A DNA stretch of 64,000 nt from Phallusia mammillata (lineage: Eukaryota): NCBI GenBank assembly GCA_965637545.1, contig OZ281495.1, positions 18,352,001-18,416,000 on the forward strand, read 5' to 3'. This document shows positions 9,801 through 24,800 of the stretch, in pieces. The position numbers were made by a program, and so were the translations under genes. Below the pieces are notes generated by a model, which was given only the letters and a program-made list of their open reading frames with translations, was not told the origin of the DNA and ran no database searches. Each line of letters starts with the position of its first letter. Position 1 is the first letter of the stretch.

Positions 9801-12800
9801 ATGTAACATCAGCCATTTCTCGAAAATTTCCCGCGTCAACACCCAAATCTGAACCAACAAAAACATCAGCAACCGTTGAAGGTTCAGCATTAGCTACCAA
9901 TAAAATCATTACTACTGCACCATCGCAAAAACTTGATAAAATTGTCGGAATGACACAAGAGATGTTCAGTTATGAAACAACGAGTACTATTGGTGGGCAA
10001 AGATATATTGTTCAATTCACCACAGAAATGTCGGGCATATTGGTTAGTGACGCAGATTTGACGACTGGAAGTGAATACTATGAAACCGTGTATCATGTTG
10101 TTTCCGACTACGAAAAGCTGGAGCTTTTTACAGATCACTTAACCACCAACACAACATCGAAAGTTGTAAGTTTTTCCATGGGTTCACCTGAAGTCATTTC
10201 AACTAAACCCATTTCACTTATCGAATCGTCGGCATTCGAAACAACTAAAGAAATTATCTCACAATTTTTACCAACCATCACCACAAAGAAACGTGATGAA
10301 ACTTTAAAGACATCTTATTCCATAAACATTACTTTAACAAAAGAAGTTACTGCCACGACGAAAAAACTCCCTGGATTGTTCAAAACAAAATATTTCGAAG
10401 AAGCATTAACCACCGGAAGCGGATTGGCTGTTGATAACATTTTCACATCTGTTGGAACTGCAGCTTCAACTTCAGAAGATATTAAAGATGTAACATCAGT
10501 CATTTCTCGAAAAATTCCCGCGTCAACATCCAAATCTGAACCAACAAAAACATCAACAACCGTTGAAGGTTCAGCATTAGCTACCAATAAAATCATTACT
10601 ACTGCACCATCGCAAAAACTTGATAAAATTGTCGGAACGACTCAAGAGATGTTTAGTTATGAAACGACGAGTACTATTGGTGGGCAAAGATATATTGTTC
10701 AATTCACCACAGAAATGTCGGGCATATTGGTTAGTGACGCAGATTTGACTACTGGAAGTGGATACTATGAAACCGTGTATCATGTTGTTTCCGACTACGA
10801 AAAGTTGGAGCTTTTTACAGATCACTTAACCACCAACACAACATCGAAAGTTGTAAGTTTTGCTATGGGTTCACCTGAAGTCATTTCAACTAAACCCATT
10901 TCACTTATCGAATCGTCGGCATTCGAAACAACTAAAGAAATTATCTCACAAATTTTACCAACCATCACCACAAAGAAACGTGATGAAACTTTAAAGACAT
11001 CTTATTCCATAAACATTACTTTAACAAAAGAAGTTACTGCCACGACGAAAAAACTGCCTGGATTGTTCAAAACAAAATATTTCGAAGAAGCATTAACCAC
11101 CGGAAGCGGATTGGCTGTTGATAACATTTTCACATCTGTTGGAACTGCAGCTTCAACCTCAGAAGATATTAAAGATGTAACATCAGCCATTTCTCGAAAA
11201 ATTCCCGCGTCAACATCCAAATCTGAACCAACAAAAACATCAACAACCGTTGAAGGTTCAGCATTAGCTACCAATAAAATCATTACTACTGCACCATCGC
11301 AAAAACTTGATAAAATTGTCGGAATGACTCAAGAGATGTTTAGTTATGAAACGACGAGTACTATCGGTGGGCAAAGATATATTGTTCAATTCACCACAGA
11401 AATGTCGGGCATATTGGTTAGTGACGCAGATTTGACTACTAGAAGTGGATACTATGAAACCGTGTATCATGTTGTTTCCGACTACGAAAAGTTGGAGCTT
11501 TTTACAGATCACTTAACCACCAACACAACATCGAAAGTTGTAAGTTTTGCCATGGGTTTACCTGAAGTCATTTCAACTAAACCCATTTCACTTATCGAAT
11601 CGTCGGCATTCGAAACAACTAAAGAAATTATCTCACAAACTTTACCAACCATCACCACAAAGAAACGTGATGAAACTTTGAAGACATCTTATTCCATAAA
11701 CATTACTTTACCAAAAGAAGTTACTGCCACGACGAAAAAACTCCCTGGATTGTTCAAAACAAAATATTTCGAAGAAGCATTAACCACCGGAAGCGGATTG
11801 GCTGTTGATGACATTTCCACATCTGTTGGAACTGCAGCTTCAACTTCAGAAGATATTAAAGATGTAACATCAGCCATTTCTCGAAAAATTCCCGCGTCAA
11901 CATCCAAATCTGAACCAACAAAAACATCAACAACCGTTGAAGGTTCAGCATTAGCTACCAATAAAATCATTACGGCTGCACCATCGCAAAAACTTGATAA
12001 AATTGTCGGAATGACTCAAGAGATGTTTAGTTATGAAACAACGAGTACTATTGGTGGGCAAAGATATATTGTTCAATTCACCACAGAAATGTCGGGCATA
12101 TTGGTTAGTGACGCAGATTTGACTACTGGAAGTCGATACTATGAAATCGTGTATCATGTTGTTTCCGACTACGAAAAGTTGGAGCTTTTTACAGATCACT
12201 TAACCACCAACACAACATCGAAAGTTGTAAGTTTTGCCATGGGTTTACCTGAAGTCATTTCAACTAAACCCATTTCACTTATCGAATCGTCGGCATTCGA
12301 AACAACTAAAGAAATTATCTCACAATTTTTACCAACCATCACCACAAAGAAACGTGATGAAACTTTGAAGACATCTTATTCCATAAACATTACTTTACCA
12401 AAAGAAGTTACTGCCACGACGAAAAAACTGCCTGGATTGTTCAAAACAAAATATTTCGAAGAAGCATTAACCACCGGAAGCGGATTGGCTGTTGATGACA
12501 TTTCCACATCTGTTGGAACTGCAGCTTCAACTTCAGAAGATATTAAAGATGTAACATCAGCCATTTCTCGAAAAATTCCCGCGTCAACACCCAAATCTGA
12601 ACCAACAAAAACATCAACAACCGTTGAAGGTTCAGCATTAGCTACCAATAAATTCATTACTACTGCACCATCGCAAAAACTTGATAAAATTGTCGGAATG
12701 ACTCAAGAGATGTTTGGTTATGAAACGACGAGTACTATCGGTGGGCAAAGATATATTGTTCAATTCACCACAGAAATGTCGGGCATATTGGTTAGTGACG

Positions 12801-15800
12801 CAGATTTGACTACTGGAAGTGGATACTATGAAACCGTGTATCATGTTGTTTCCGACTACGAAAAGTTGGAGCTTTTTACAGATCACTTAACCACCAACAC
12901 AACATCGAAAGTTGTAAGTTTTTCCATGGGTTCACCTGAAGTCATTTCAACTAAACCCATTTCACTTATCGAATCGTCGGCATTCGAAACAACTAAAGAA
13001 ATTATCTCACAAATTTTACCAACCATCACCACAAAGAAACGTGATGAAACTTTAAAGACATCTTATTCCATAAACATTACTTTAACAAAAGAAGTTACTG
13101 CCACGACGAAAAAACTCCCTGGATTGTTCAAAACAAAATATTTCGAAGAAGCATTAACCACCGGAAGCGGATTGGCTGTTGATGACATTTCCACATCTGT
13201 TGGAACTGCAGCTTCAACCTCAGAAGATATTAAAGATGTAACATCAGCCATTTCTCGAAAAATTCCCGCGTCAACACCCAAATCTGAACCAACAAAAACA
13301 TCAACAACCGTTGAAGGTTCAGCATTAGCTACCAATAAAATCATTACTGCTGCACCATCGCAAAAACTTGATAAAATTGTCGGAATGACTCAAGAGATGT
13401 TTAGTTATGAAACAACGAGTACTATTGGTGGGCAAAGATATATTGTTCAATTCACCACAGTAATGTCGGGCATATTGGTTAGTGACGCAGATTTGACTAC
13501 TGGAAGTCGATACTATGAAACCGTGTATCATGTTGTTTCCGACTACGAAAAGTTGGAGCTTTTTACAGATCACTTAACCACCAACACAACATCGAAAGTT
13601 GTAAGTTTTGCCATGGGTTTACCTGAAGTCATTTCAACTAAACCCATTTCACTTATCGAATCGTCGGCATTCGAAACAACTAAAGAAATTATCTCACAAT
13701 TTTTACCAACCATCACCACAAAGAAACGTGATGAAACTTTGAAGACATCTTATTCCATAAACATTACTTTACCAAAAGAAGTTACTGCCACGACGAAAAA
13801 ACTGCCTGGATTGTTCAAAACAAAATATTTCGAAGAAGCATTAACCACCGGAAGCGGATTGGCTGTTGATGACATTTCCACATCTGTTGGAACTGCAGCT
13901 TCAACTTCAGAAGATATTAAAGATGTAACATCAGCCATTTCTCGAAAAATTCCCGCGTCAACACCCAAATCTGAACCAACAAAAACATCAACAACCGTTG
14001 AAGGTTCAGCATTAGCTACCAATAAAATCATTACCACTGCACCATCGCAAAAACTTGATAAAATTGTCGGAATGACTCAAGAGATGTTTAGTTATGAAAC
14101 AACGAGTACTATTGGTGGGCAAAGATATATTGTTCAATTCACCACAGAAATGTCGGGCATATTGGTTAGTGACGCAGATTTGACTACTGGAAGTCGATAC
14201 TGTGAAACCGTGTATCATGTTGTTTCCGACTACGAAAAGTTGGAGCTTTTTACAGATCACTTAACCACCAACACAACATCGAAAGTTGTAAGTTTTGCCA
14301 TGGGTTCACCTGAAGTCATTTCAACTAAACCCATTTCACTTATCGAATCGTCGGCATTCGAAACAACTAAAGAAATTATCTCACAAATTTTACCAACCAT
14401 CACCACAAAGAAACGTGATGAAACTTTAAAGACATCTTATTCCATAAACATTACTTTACCAAAAGAAGTTACTGCCACGACGAAAAAACTCCCTGGATTG
14501 TTCAAAACAAAATATTTCGAAGAAGCATTAACCACCGGAAGCGGATTGGCTGTTGATAACATTTCCACATCTGTTGGAACTGCAGCTTCAACTTCAGAAG
14601 ATATTAAAGATGTAACATCAGCCATTTCTCGAAAAATTCCCGCGTCAACATCCAAATCTGAACCAACAAAAACATCAACAACCGTTGAAGGTTCAGCATT
14701 AGCTACCAACAAAATCATTACCACTGCACCATCGCAAAAACTTGATAAAATTGTCGGAATGACTCAAGAGATGTTTGGTTATGAAACGACGAGTACTATC
14801 GGTGGGCAAAGATATATTGTTCAATTCACCACAGAAATGTCGGGCATATTGGTTAGTGACGCAGATTTGACTACAGGAAGTGGATACTATGAAACCGTGT
14901 ATCATGTTATTTCCGACTACGAAAAGTTGGAGCTTTTTACAGATCACTTAACCACCAACACAACATCGAAAGTTGTAAGTTTTGCTATGGGTTCACCCGA
15001 AGTCATTTCAACTAAACCCATTTCACTTATCGAATCGTCGGCATTCGAAACAACCAAAGAAATTATCTCACAATTTTTACCAACCATCACCACAAAGAAA
15101 CGTGATGAAACTTTAAAGACATCTTATTCCATAAACATTACTTTACCAAAAGAAATTACTGCCACGACGAAAAAACTCCCTGGATTGTTCAAAACAAAAT
15201 ATTTTGTAGAAGGATTAACCACCGGAAGCGGATTGGCTGTTGATGACATTTCCACATCTGTTGGAACTGCAGCTTCAACTTCAGAAGATATTAAAGATGT
15301 AACATCAGCCATTTCTCGAAAAATTCCCGCGTCAACACCCAAATCTGAACCAACAAAAACATCAACAACCGTTGAAGGTTCAGCATTAGCTACCAATAAA
15401 ATCATTACTACTGCACCATCGCAAAAACTTGATAAAATTGTCGGAATGACTCAAGAGATGTTTGGTTATGAAACGACGAGTACTATCGGTGGGCAAAGAT
15501 ATATTGTTCAATTCACCACAGAAATGTCGGGCATATTGGTTAGTGACGCAGATTTGACTACTGGAAGTGGATACTATGAAACCGTGTATCATGTTGTTTC
15601 CGACTACGAAAAGTTGGAGCTTTTTACAGATCACTTAACCACCAACACAACATCGAAAGTTGTAAGTTTTTCCATGGGTTCACCTGAAGTCATTTCAACT
15701 AAACCCATTTCACTTATCGAATCGTCGGCATTCGAAACAACTAAAGAAATTATCTCACAAATTTTACCAACCATCACCACAAAGAAACGTGATGAAACTT

Positions 15801-18800
15801 TAAAGACATCTTATTCCATAAACATTACTTTAACAAAAGAAGTTACTGCCACGACGAAAAAACTGCCTGGATTGTTCAAAACAAAATATTTCGAAGAAGC
15901 ATTAACCACCGGAAGCGGATTGGCTGTTGATGACATTTCCACATCTGTTGGAACTGCAGCTTCAACTTCAGAAGATATTAAAGATGTAACATCAGCCATT
16001 TCTCGAAAAATTCCCGCGTCAACACCCAAATCTGAACCAACAAAAACATCAACAACCGTTGAAGGTTCAGCATTAGCTACCAATAAAATCATTACTGCTG
16101 CACCATCGCAAAAACTTGATAAAATTGTCGGAATGACTCAAGAGATGTTTAGTTATGAAACAACGAGTACTATTGGTGGGCAAAGATATATTGTTCAATT
16201 CACCACAGAAATGTCGGGCATATTGGTTAGTGACGCAGATTTGACTACTGGAAGTCGATACTATGAAACCGTGTATCATGTTGTTTCCGACTACGAAAAG
16301 TTGGAGCTTTTTACAGATCACTTAACCACCAACACAACATCGAAAGTTGTAAGTTTTGCCATGGGTTCACCTGAAGTCATTTCAACTAAACCCATTTCAC
16401 TTATCGAATCGTCGGCATTCGAAACAACTAAAGAAATTATCTCACAAATTTTACCAACCATCACCACAAAGAAACGTGATGAAACTTTAAAGACATCTTA
16501 TTCCATAAACATTACTTTACCAAAAGAAGTTACTGCCACGACGAAAAAACTCCCTGGATTGTTCAAAACAAAATATTTCGAAGAAGCATTAACCACCGGA
16601 AGCGGATTGGCTGTTGATAACATTTCCACATCTGTTGGAACTGCAGCTTCAACTTCAGAAGATATTAAAGATGTAACATCAGCCATTTCTCGAAAAATTC
16701 CCGCGTCAACATCCAAATCTGAACCAACAAAAACATCAACAACCGTTGAAGGTTCAGCATTAGCTACCAACAAAATCATTACCACTGCACCATCGCAAAA
16801 ACTTGATAAAATTGTCGGAATGACTCAAGAGATGTTTGGTTATGAAACGACGAGTACTATCGGTGGGCAAAGATATATTGTTCAATTCACCACAGAAATG
16901 TCGGGCATATTGGTTAGTGACGCAGATTTGACTACAGGAAGTGGATACTATGAAACCGTGTATCATGTTATTTCCGACTACGAAAAGTTGGAGCTTTTTA
17001 CAGATCACTTAACCACCAACACAACATCGAAAGTTGTAAGTTTTGCTATGGGTTCACCCGAAGTCATTTCAACTAAACCCATTTCACTTATCGAATCGTC
17101 GGCATTCGAAACAACCAAAGAAATTATCTCACAATTTTTACCAACCATCACCACAAAGAAACGTGATGAAACTTTAAAGACATCTTATTCCATAAACATT
17201 ACTTTACCAAAAGAAATTACTGCCACGACGAAAAAACTCCCTGGATTGTTCAAAACAAAATATTTTGTAGAAGGATTAACCACCGGAAGCGGATTGGCTG
17301 TTGATGACATTTCCACATCTGTTGGAACTGCAGCTTCAACTTCAGAAGATATTAAAGATGTAACATCAGCCATTTCTCGAAAAATTCCCGCGTCAACACC
17401 CAAATCTGAACCAACAAAAACATCAACAACCGTTGAAGGTTCAGCATTAGCTACCAATAAAATCATTACTACTGCACCATCGCAAAAACTTGATAAAATT
17501 GTCGGAATGACTCAAGAGATGTTTGGTTATGAAACGACGAGTACTATCGGTGGGCAAAGATATATTGTTCAATTCACCACAGAAATGTCGGGCATATTGG
17601 TTAGTGACGCAGATTTGACTACTGGAAGTCGATACTATGAAACCGTGTATCATGTTGTTTCCGACTACGAAAAGTTGGAGCTTTTTACAGATCACTTAAC
17701 CACCAACACAACATCGAAAGTTGTAAGTTTTTCCATGGGTTCACCTGAAGTCATTTCAACTAAACCCATTTCACTTATCGAATCGTCGGCATTCGAAACA
17801 ACTAAAGAAATTATCTCACAAATTTTACCAACCATCACCACAAAGAAACGTGATGAAACTTTAAAGACATCTTATTCCATAAACATTACTTTAACAAAAG
17901 AAGTTACTGCCACGACGAAAAAACTGCCTGGATTGTTCAAAACAAAATATTTCGAAGAAGCATTAACCACCGGAAGCGGATTGGCTGTTGATGACATTTC
18001 CACATCTGTTGGAACTGCAGCTTCAACTTCAGAAGATATTAAAGATGTAACATCAGCCATTTCTCGAAAAATTCCCGCGTCAACACCCAAATCTGAACCA
18101 ACAAAAACATCAACAACCGTTGAAGGTTCAGCATTAGCTACCAATAAAATCATTACTGCTGCACCATCGCAAAAACTTGATAAAATTGTCGGAATGACTC
18201 AAGAGATGTTTAGTTATGAAACAACGAGTACTATTGGTGGGCAAAGATATATTGTTCAATTCACCACAGAAATGTCGGGCATATTGGTTAGTGACGCAGA
18301 TTTGACTACTGGAAGTCGATACTATGAAACCGTGTATCATGTTATTTCCGACTACGAAAAGTTGGAGCTTTTTACAGATCACTTAACCACCAACACAACA
18401 TCGAAAGTTGTAAGTTTTGCCATGGGTTTACCTGAAGTCATTTCAACTAAACCCATTTCACTTATCGAATCGTCGGCATTCGAAACAACTAAAGAAATTA
18501 TCTCACAAATTTTACCAACCATCACCACAAAGAAACGTGATGAAACTTTAAAGACATCTTATTCCATAAACATTACTTTACCAAAAGAAGTTACTGCCAC
18601 GACGAAAAAACTCCCTGGATTGTTCAAAACAAAATATTTCGAAGAAGCATTAACCACCGGAAGCGGATTGGCTGTTGATGACATTTCCACATCTGTTGGA
18701 ACTGCAGCTTCAACTTCAGAAGATATTAAAGATGTAACATCAGCCATTTCTCGAAAAATTCCCGCGTCAACATCCAAATCTGAACCAACAAAAACATCAA

Positions 18801-21800
18801 CAACCGTTGAAGGTTCAGCATTAGCTACCAATAAAATCATTACCACTGCACCATCGCAAAAACTTGATAAAATTGTCGGAATGACTCAAGAGATGTTTGG
18901 TTATGAAACGACGAGTACTATCGGTGGGCAAAGATATATTGTTCAATTCACCACAGAAATGTCGGGCATATTGGTTAGTGACGCAGATTTGACTACAGGA
19001 AGTGGATACTATGAAACCGTGTATCATGTTGTTTCCGACTACGAAAAGTTGGAGCTTTTTACAGATCACTTAACCACCAACACAACATCGAAAGTTGTAA
19101 GTTTTGCTATGGGTTCACCCGAAGTCATTTCAACTAAACCCATTTCACTTATCGAATCGTCGGCATTCGAAACAACTAAAGAAATTATCTCACAATTTTT
19201 ACCAACCATCACCACAAAGAAACGTGATGAAACTTTAAAGACATCTTATTCCATAAACATTACTTTACCAAAAGAAATTACTGCCACGACGAAAAAACTG
19301 CCTGGATTGTTCAAAACAAAATATTTTGAAGAAGGATTAACCACCGGAAGCGGATTGGCTGTTGATGACATTTCCACATCTGATGGAACTGCAGCTCCAA
19401 CTTCAGAAGATATTAAAGATGTAACATCAGTCATTTCTCGAAAAATTCCCGCGTCAACATCCAAATCTGAACCAACAAAAACATCAACAACCGTTGAAGG
19501 TTCAGCATTAGCTACCAATAAAATCATTACCACTGCACCATCGCAAAAACTTGATAAAATTGTCGGAATGACTCAAGAGATGTTTGGTTATGAAACGACG
19601 AGTACTATCGGTGGGCAAAGATATATTGTTCAATTCACCACAGAAATGTCGGGCATATTGGTTAGTGACGCAAATTTGACTACAGGAAGTGGATACTATG
19701 AAACCGTGTATCATGTTGTTTCCGACTACGAAAAGTTGGAGCTTTTTACAGATCACTTAACCACCAACACAACATCGAAAGTTGTAAGTTTTGCCATGGG
19801 TTCACCTGAAGTCATTTCAACTAAACCCATTTCACTTATCGAATCGTCGGCATTCGAAACAACTAAAGAAATTATCTCACAAATTTTACCAACCATCACC
19901 ACAAAGAAACGTGATGAAACTTTAAAGACATCTTATTCCATAAACATTACTTTAACAAAAGAAGTTACTGCCACGACGAAAAAACTGCCTGGATTGTTCA
20001 AAACAAAATATTTCGAAGAAGCATTAACCACCGGAAGCGGATTAGCTGTTGATGACATTTCCACATCTGTTGGAACTGCAGCTTCAACTTCAGAAGATAT
20101 TAAAGATGTAACATCAGCCATTTCTCGAAAAATTCCCGCGTCAACACCCAAATCTGAACCAACAAAAACATCAACAACCGTTGAAGATTCAGCATTAGCT
20201 ACCAATAAAATCATTACTACTGCACCATCGCAAAAACTTGATAAAATTGTCGGAATGACTCAAGAGATGTTTGGTTATGAAACGACGAGTACTATCGGTG
20301 GGCAAAGATATATTGTTCAATTCACCACAGAAATGTCGGGCATATTGGTTAGTGACGCAGATTTGACTACTGGAAGTCGATACTATGAAACCGTGTATCA
20401 TGTTGTTTCCGACTACGAAAAGTTGGAGCTTTTTACAGATCACTTAACCACCAACACAACATCGAAAGTTGTAAGTTTTGCCATGGGTTTACCTGAAGTC
20501 ATTTCAACTAAACCCATTTCACTTATCGAATCGTCGGCATTCGAAACAACTAAAGAAATTATCTCACAAATTTTACCAACCATCACCACAATGATACGTG
20601 ATGAAACTTTAAAGACATCTTATTCCATAAACATTACTTTAACAAAAGAAGTTACTGCCACGACGAAAAAACTCCCTGGATTGTTCAAAACAAAATATTT
20701 CGAAGAAGCATTAACCACCGGAAGCGGATTGGCTGTTGATGACATTTCCACATCTGTTGGAACTGCAGCTTCAACTTCAGAAGATATTAAAGATGTAACA
20801 TCAGCCATTTCTCGAAAAATTCCCGCGTCAACACCCAAATCTGAACCAACAAAAACATCAACAACCGTTGAAGGTTCAGCATTAGCTACCAATAAAATCA
20901 TTACCACTGCACCATCGCAAAAACTTGATAAAATTGTCGGAATGACTCAAGAGATGTTTGGTTATGAAACGACGAGTACTATCGGTGGGCAAAGATATAT
21001 TGTTCAATTCACCACAGAAATGTCGGGCATATTGGTTAGTGACGCAGATTTGACTACTGGAAGTGGATACTATGAAACCGTGTATCATGTTATTTCCGAC
21101 TACGAAAAGTTGGAGCTTTTTACAGATCACTTAACCACCAACACAACATCGAAAGTTGTAAGTTTTGCTATGGGTTCACCCGAAGTCATTTCAACTAAAC
21201 CCATTTCACTTATCGAATCGTCGGCATTCGAAACAACTAAAGAAATTATCTCACAATTTTTACCAACCATCACCACAAAGAAACGTGATGAAACTTTAAA
21301 GACATCTTATTCCATAAACATTACTTTAACAAAAGAAGTTACTGCCACGACGAAAAAACTGCCTGGATTGTTCAAAACAAAATATTTCGAAGAAGCATTA
21401 ACCACCGGAAGCGGTTTGGCTGTTGATAACATTTTCACATCTGTTGGAACTGCAGCTTCAACTTCAGAAGATATTAAAGATGTAACATCAGCCATTTCTC
21501 GAAAAATTCCCGCGTCAACATCCAAATCTGAACCAACAAAAACATCAACAACCGTTGAAGGTTCAGCATTAGATACCAATAAAATCATTACCACTGCACC
21601 ATCGCAAAAACTTGATAAAATTGTCGGAATGACTCAAGAGATGTTTGGTTATGAAACGACGAGTACTATCGGTGGGCAAAGATATATTGTTCAATTCACC
21701 ACAGAAATGTCGGGCATATTGGTTAGTGACGCAGATTTGACTACAGGAAGTGGATACTATGAAACCGTGTATCATGTTGTTTCCGACTACGAAAAGTTGG

Positions 21801-24800
21801 AGCTTTTTACAGATCACTTAACCACCAACACAACATCGAAAGTTGTAAGTTTTGCTATGGGTTCACCCGAAGTCATTTCAACTAAACCCATTTCACTTAT
21901 CGAATCGTCGGCATTCGAAACAACTAAAGAAATTATCTCACAAATTTTACCAACCATCACCACAAAGAAACGTGATGAAACTTTAAAGACATCTTATTCC
22001 ATAAACATTACTTTAACAAAAGAAGTTACTGCCACGACGAAAAAACTGCCTGGATTGTTCAAAACAAAATATTTCGAAGAAGCATTAACCACCGGAAGCG
22101 GTTTGGCTGTTGATAACATTTTCACATCTGTTGGAACTGCAGCTTCAACTTCAGAAGATATTAAAGATGTAACATCAGCCATTTCTCGAAAAATTCCCGC
22201 GTCAACATCCAAATCTGAACCAACAAAAACATCAACAACCGTTGAAGGTTCAGCATTAGCTACCAATAAAATCATTACTACTGCACCATCGCAAAAACTT
22301 GATAAAATTGTCGGAATGACTCAAGAGATGTTTGGTTATGAAACGACGAGTACTATCGGTGGGCAAAGATATATTGTTCAATTCACCACAGAAATGTCGG
22401 GCATATTGGTTAGTGACGCAGATTTGACTACTGGAAGTGGATACTATGAAACCGTGTATCATGTTGTTTCCGACTACGAAAAGTTGGAGCTTTTTACAGA
22501 TCACTTAACCACCAACACAACATCGAAAGTTGTAAGTTTTGCCATGGGTTCACCTGAAGTCATTTCAACTAAACCCATTTCACTTATCGAATCGTCGGCA
22601 TTCGAAACAACTAAAGAAATTATCTCACAAATTTTACCAACCATCACCACAAAGAAACGTGATGAAACTTTAAAGACATCTTATTCCATAAACATTACTT
22701 TACCAAAAGAAGTTACTGCCACGACGAAAAAACTCCCTGGATTGTTCAAAACAAAATATTTCGAAGAAGCATTAACCACCGGAAGCGGATTGGCTGTTGA
22801 TAACATTTTCACATCTGTTGGAACTGCAGCTTCAACTTCAGAAGATATTAAAGATGTAACATCAGCCATTTCTCGAAAAATTCCCGCGTCAACATCCAAA
22901 TCTGAACCAACAAAAACATCAACAACCGTTGAAGGTTCAGCATTAGCTACCAATAAAATCATTACTACTGCACCATCGCAAAAACTTGATAAAATTGTCG
23001 GAATGACTCAAGAGATGTTTGGTTATGAAACGACGAGTACTATCGGTGGGCAAAGATATATTGTTCAATTCACCACAGAAATGTCGGGCATATTGGTTAG
23101 TGACGCAGATTTGACTACTGGAAGTGGATACTATGAAACCGTGTATCATGTTGTTTCCGACTACGAAAAGTTGGAGCTTTTTACAGATCACTTAACCACC
23201 AACACAACATCGAAAGTTGTAAGTTTTGCCATGGGTTCACCTGAAGTCATTTCAACTAAACCCATTTCACTTATCGAATCGTCGGCATTCGAAACAACTA
23301 AAGAAATTATCTCACAAATTTTACCAACCATCACCACAAAGAAACGTGATGAAACTTTAAAGACATCTTATTCCATAAACATTACTTTAACAAAAGAAGT
23401 TACTGCCACGACGAAAAAACTGCCTGGATTGTTCAAAACAAAATATTTCGAAGAAGCATTAACCACCGGAAGCGGATTGGCTGTTGATGACATTTCCACA
23501 TCTGTTGGAACTGCAGCTTCAACTTCAGAAGATATTAAAGATGTAACATCAGCCATTTCTCGAAAAATTCCCGCGTCAACACCCAAATCTGAACCAACAA
23601 AAACATCAACAACCGTTGAAGGTTCAGCATTAGCTACCAATAAAATCATTACCACTGCACCATCGCAAAAACTTGATAAAATTGTCGGAATGACTCAAGA
23701 GATGTTTGGTTATGAAACGACGAGTACTATCGGTGGGCAAAGATATATTGTTCAATTCACCACAGAAATGTCGGGCATATTGGTTAGTGACGCAGATTTG
23801 ACTACAGGAAGTGGATACTATGAAACCGTGTATCATGTTGTTTCCGACTACGAAAAGTTGGAGCTTTTTACAGATCACTTAACCACCAACACAACATCGA
23901 AAGTTGTAAGTTTTGCCATGGGTTCACCTGAAGTCATTTCAACTAAACTCATTTCACTTATCGAATCGTCGGCATTCGAAACAACTAAAGAAATTATCTC
24001 ACAAATTTTACCAACCATCACCACAAAGAAACGTGATGAAACTTTAAAGACATCTTATTCCATAAACATTACTTTAACAAAAGAAGTTACTGCCACGACG
24101 AAAAAATTCCCTGGATTGTTCAAAACAAAATATTTCGAAGAAGCATTAACCACCGGAAGCGGATTGGCTGTTGATGACATTTCCACATCTGTTGGAACTG
24201 CAGCTTCAACTTCAGAAGATATTAAAGATGTAACATCAGCCATTTCTCGAAAAATTCCCGCGTCATCACCCAAATCTGAACCAACAAAAACATCAACAAC
24301 CGTTGAAGGTTCAGCATTAGCTACCAATAAAATCATTACTGCTGCACCATCGCAAAAACTTGATAAAATTGTCGGAATGACTCAAGAGATGTTTAGTTAT
24401 GAAACAACGAGTACTATTGGTGGGCAAAGATATATTGTTCAATTCACCACAGAAATGTCGGGCATATTGGTTAGTGACGCAGATTTGACTACTGGAAGTG
24501 GATACTATGAAACCGTGTATCATGTTGTTTCCGACTACGAAAAGTTGGAGCTTTTTACAGATCACTTAACCACCAACACAACATCGAAAGTTGTAAGTTT
24601 TGCCATGGGTTTACCTGAAGTCATTTCAACTAAACCCATTTCACTTATCGAATCGTCGGCATTCGAAACAACTAAAGAAATCATCTCACAAATTTTACCA
24701 ACCATCACCACAAAGAAACGTGATGAAACTTTAAAGACATCTTATTCCATAAACATTACTTTACCAAAAGAAGTTACTGCCACGACGAAAAAACTCCCTG

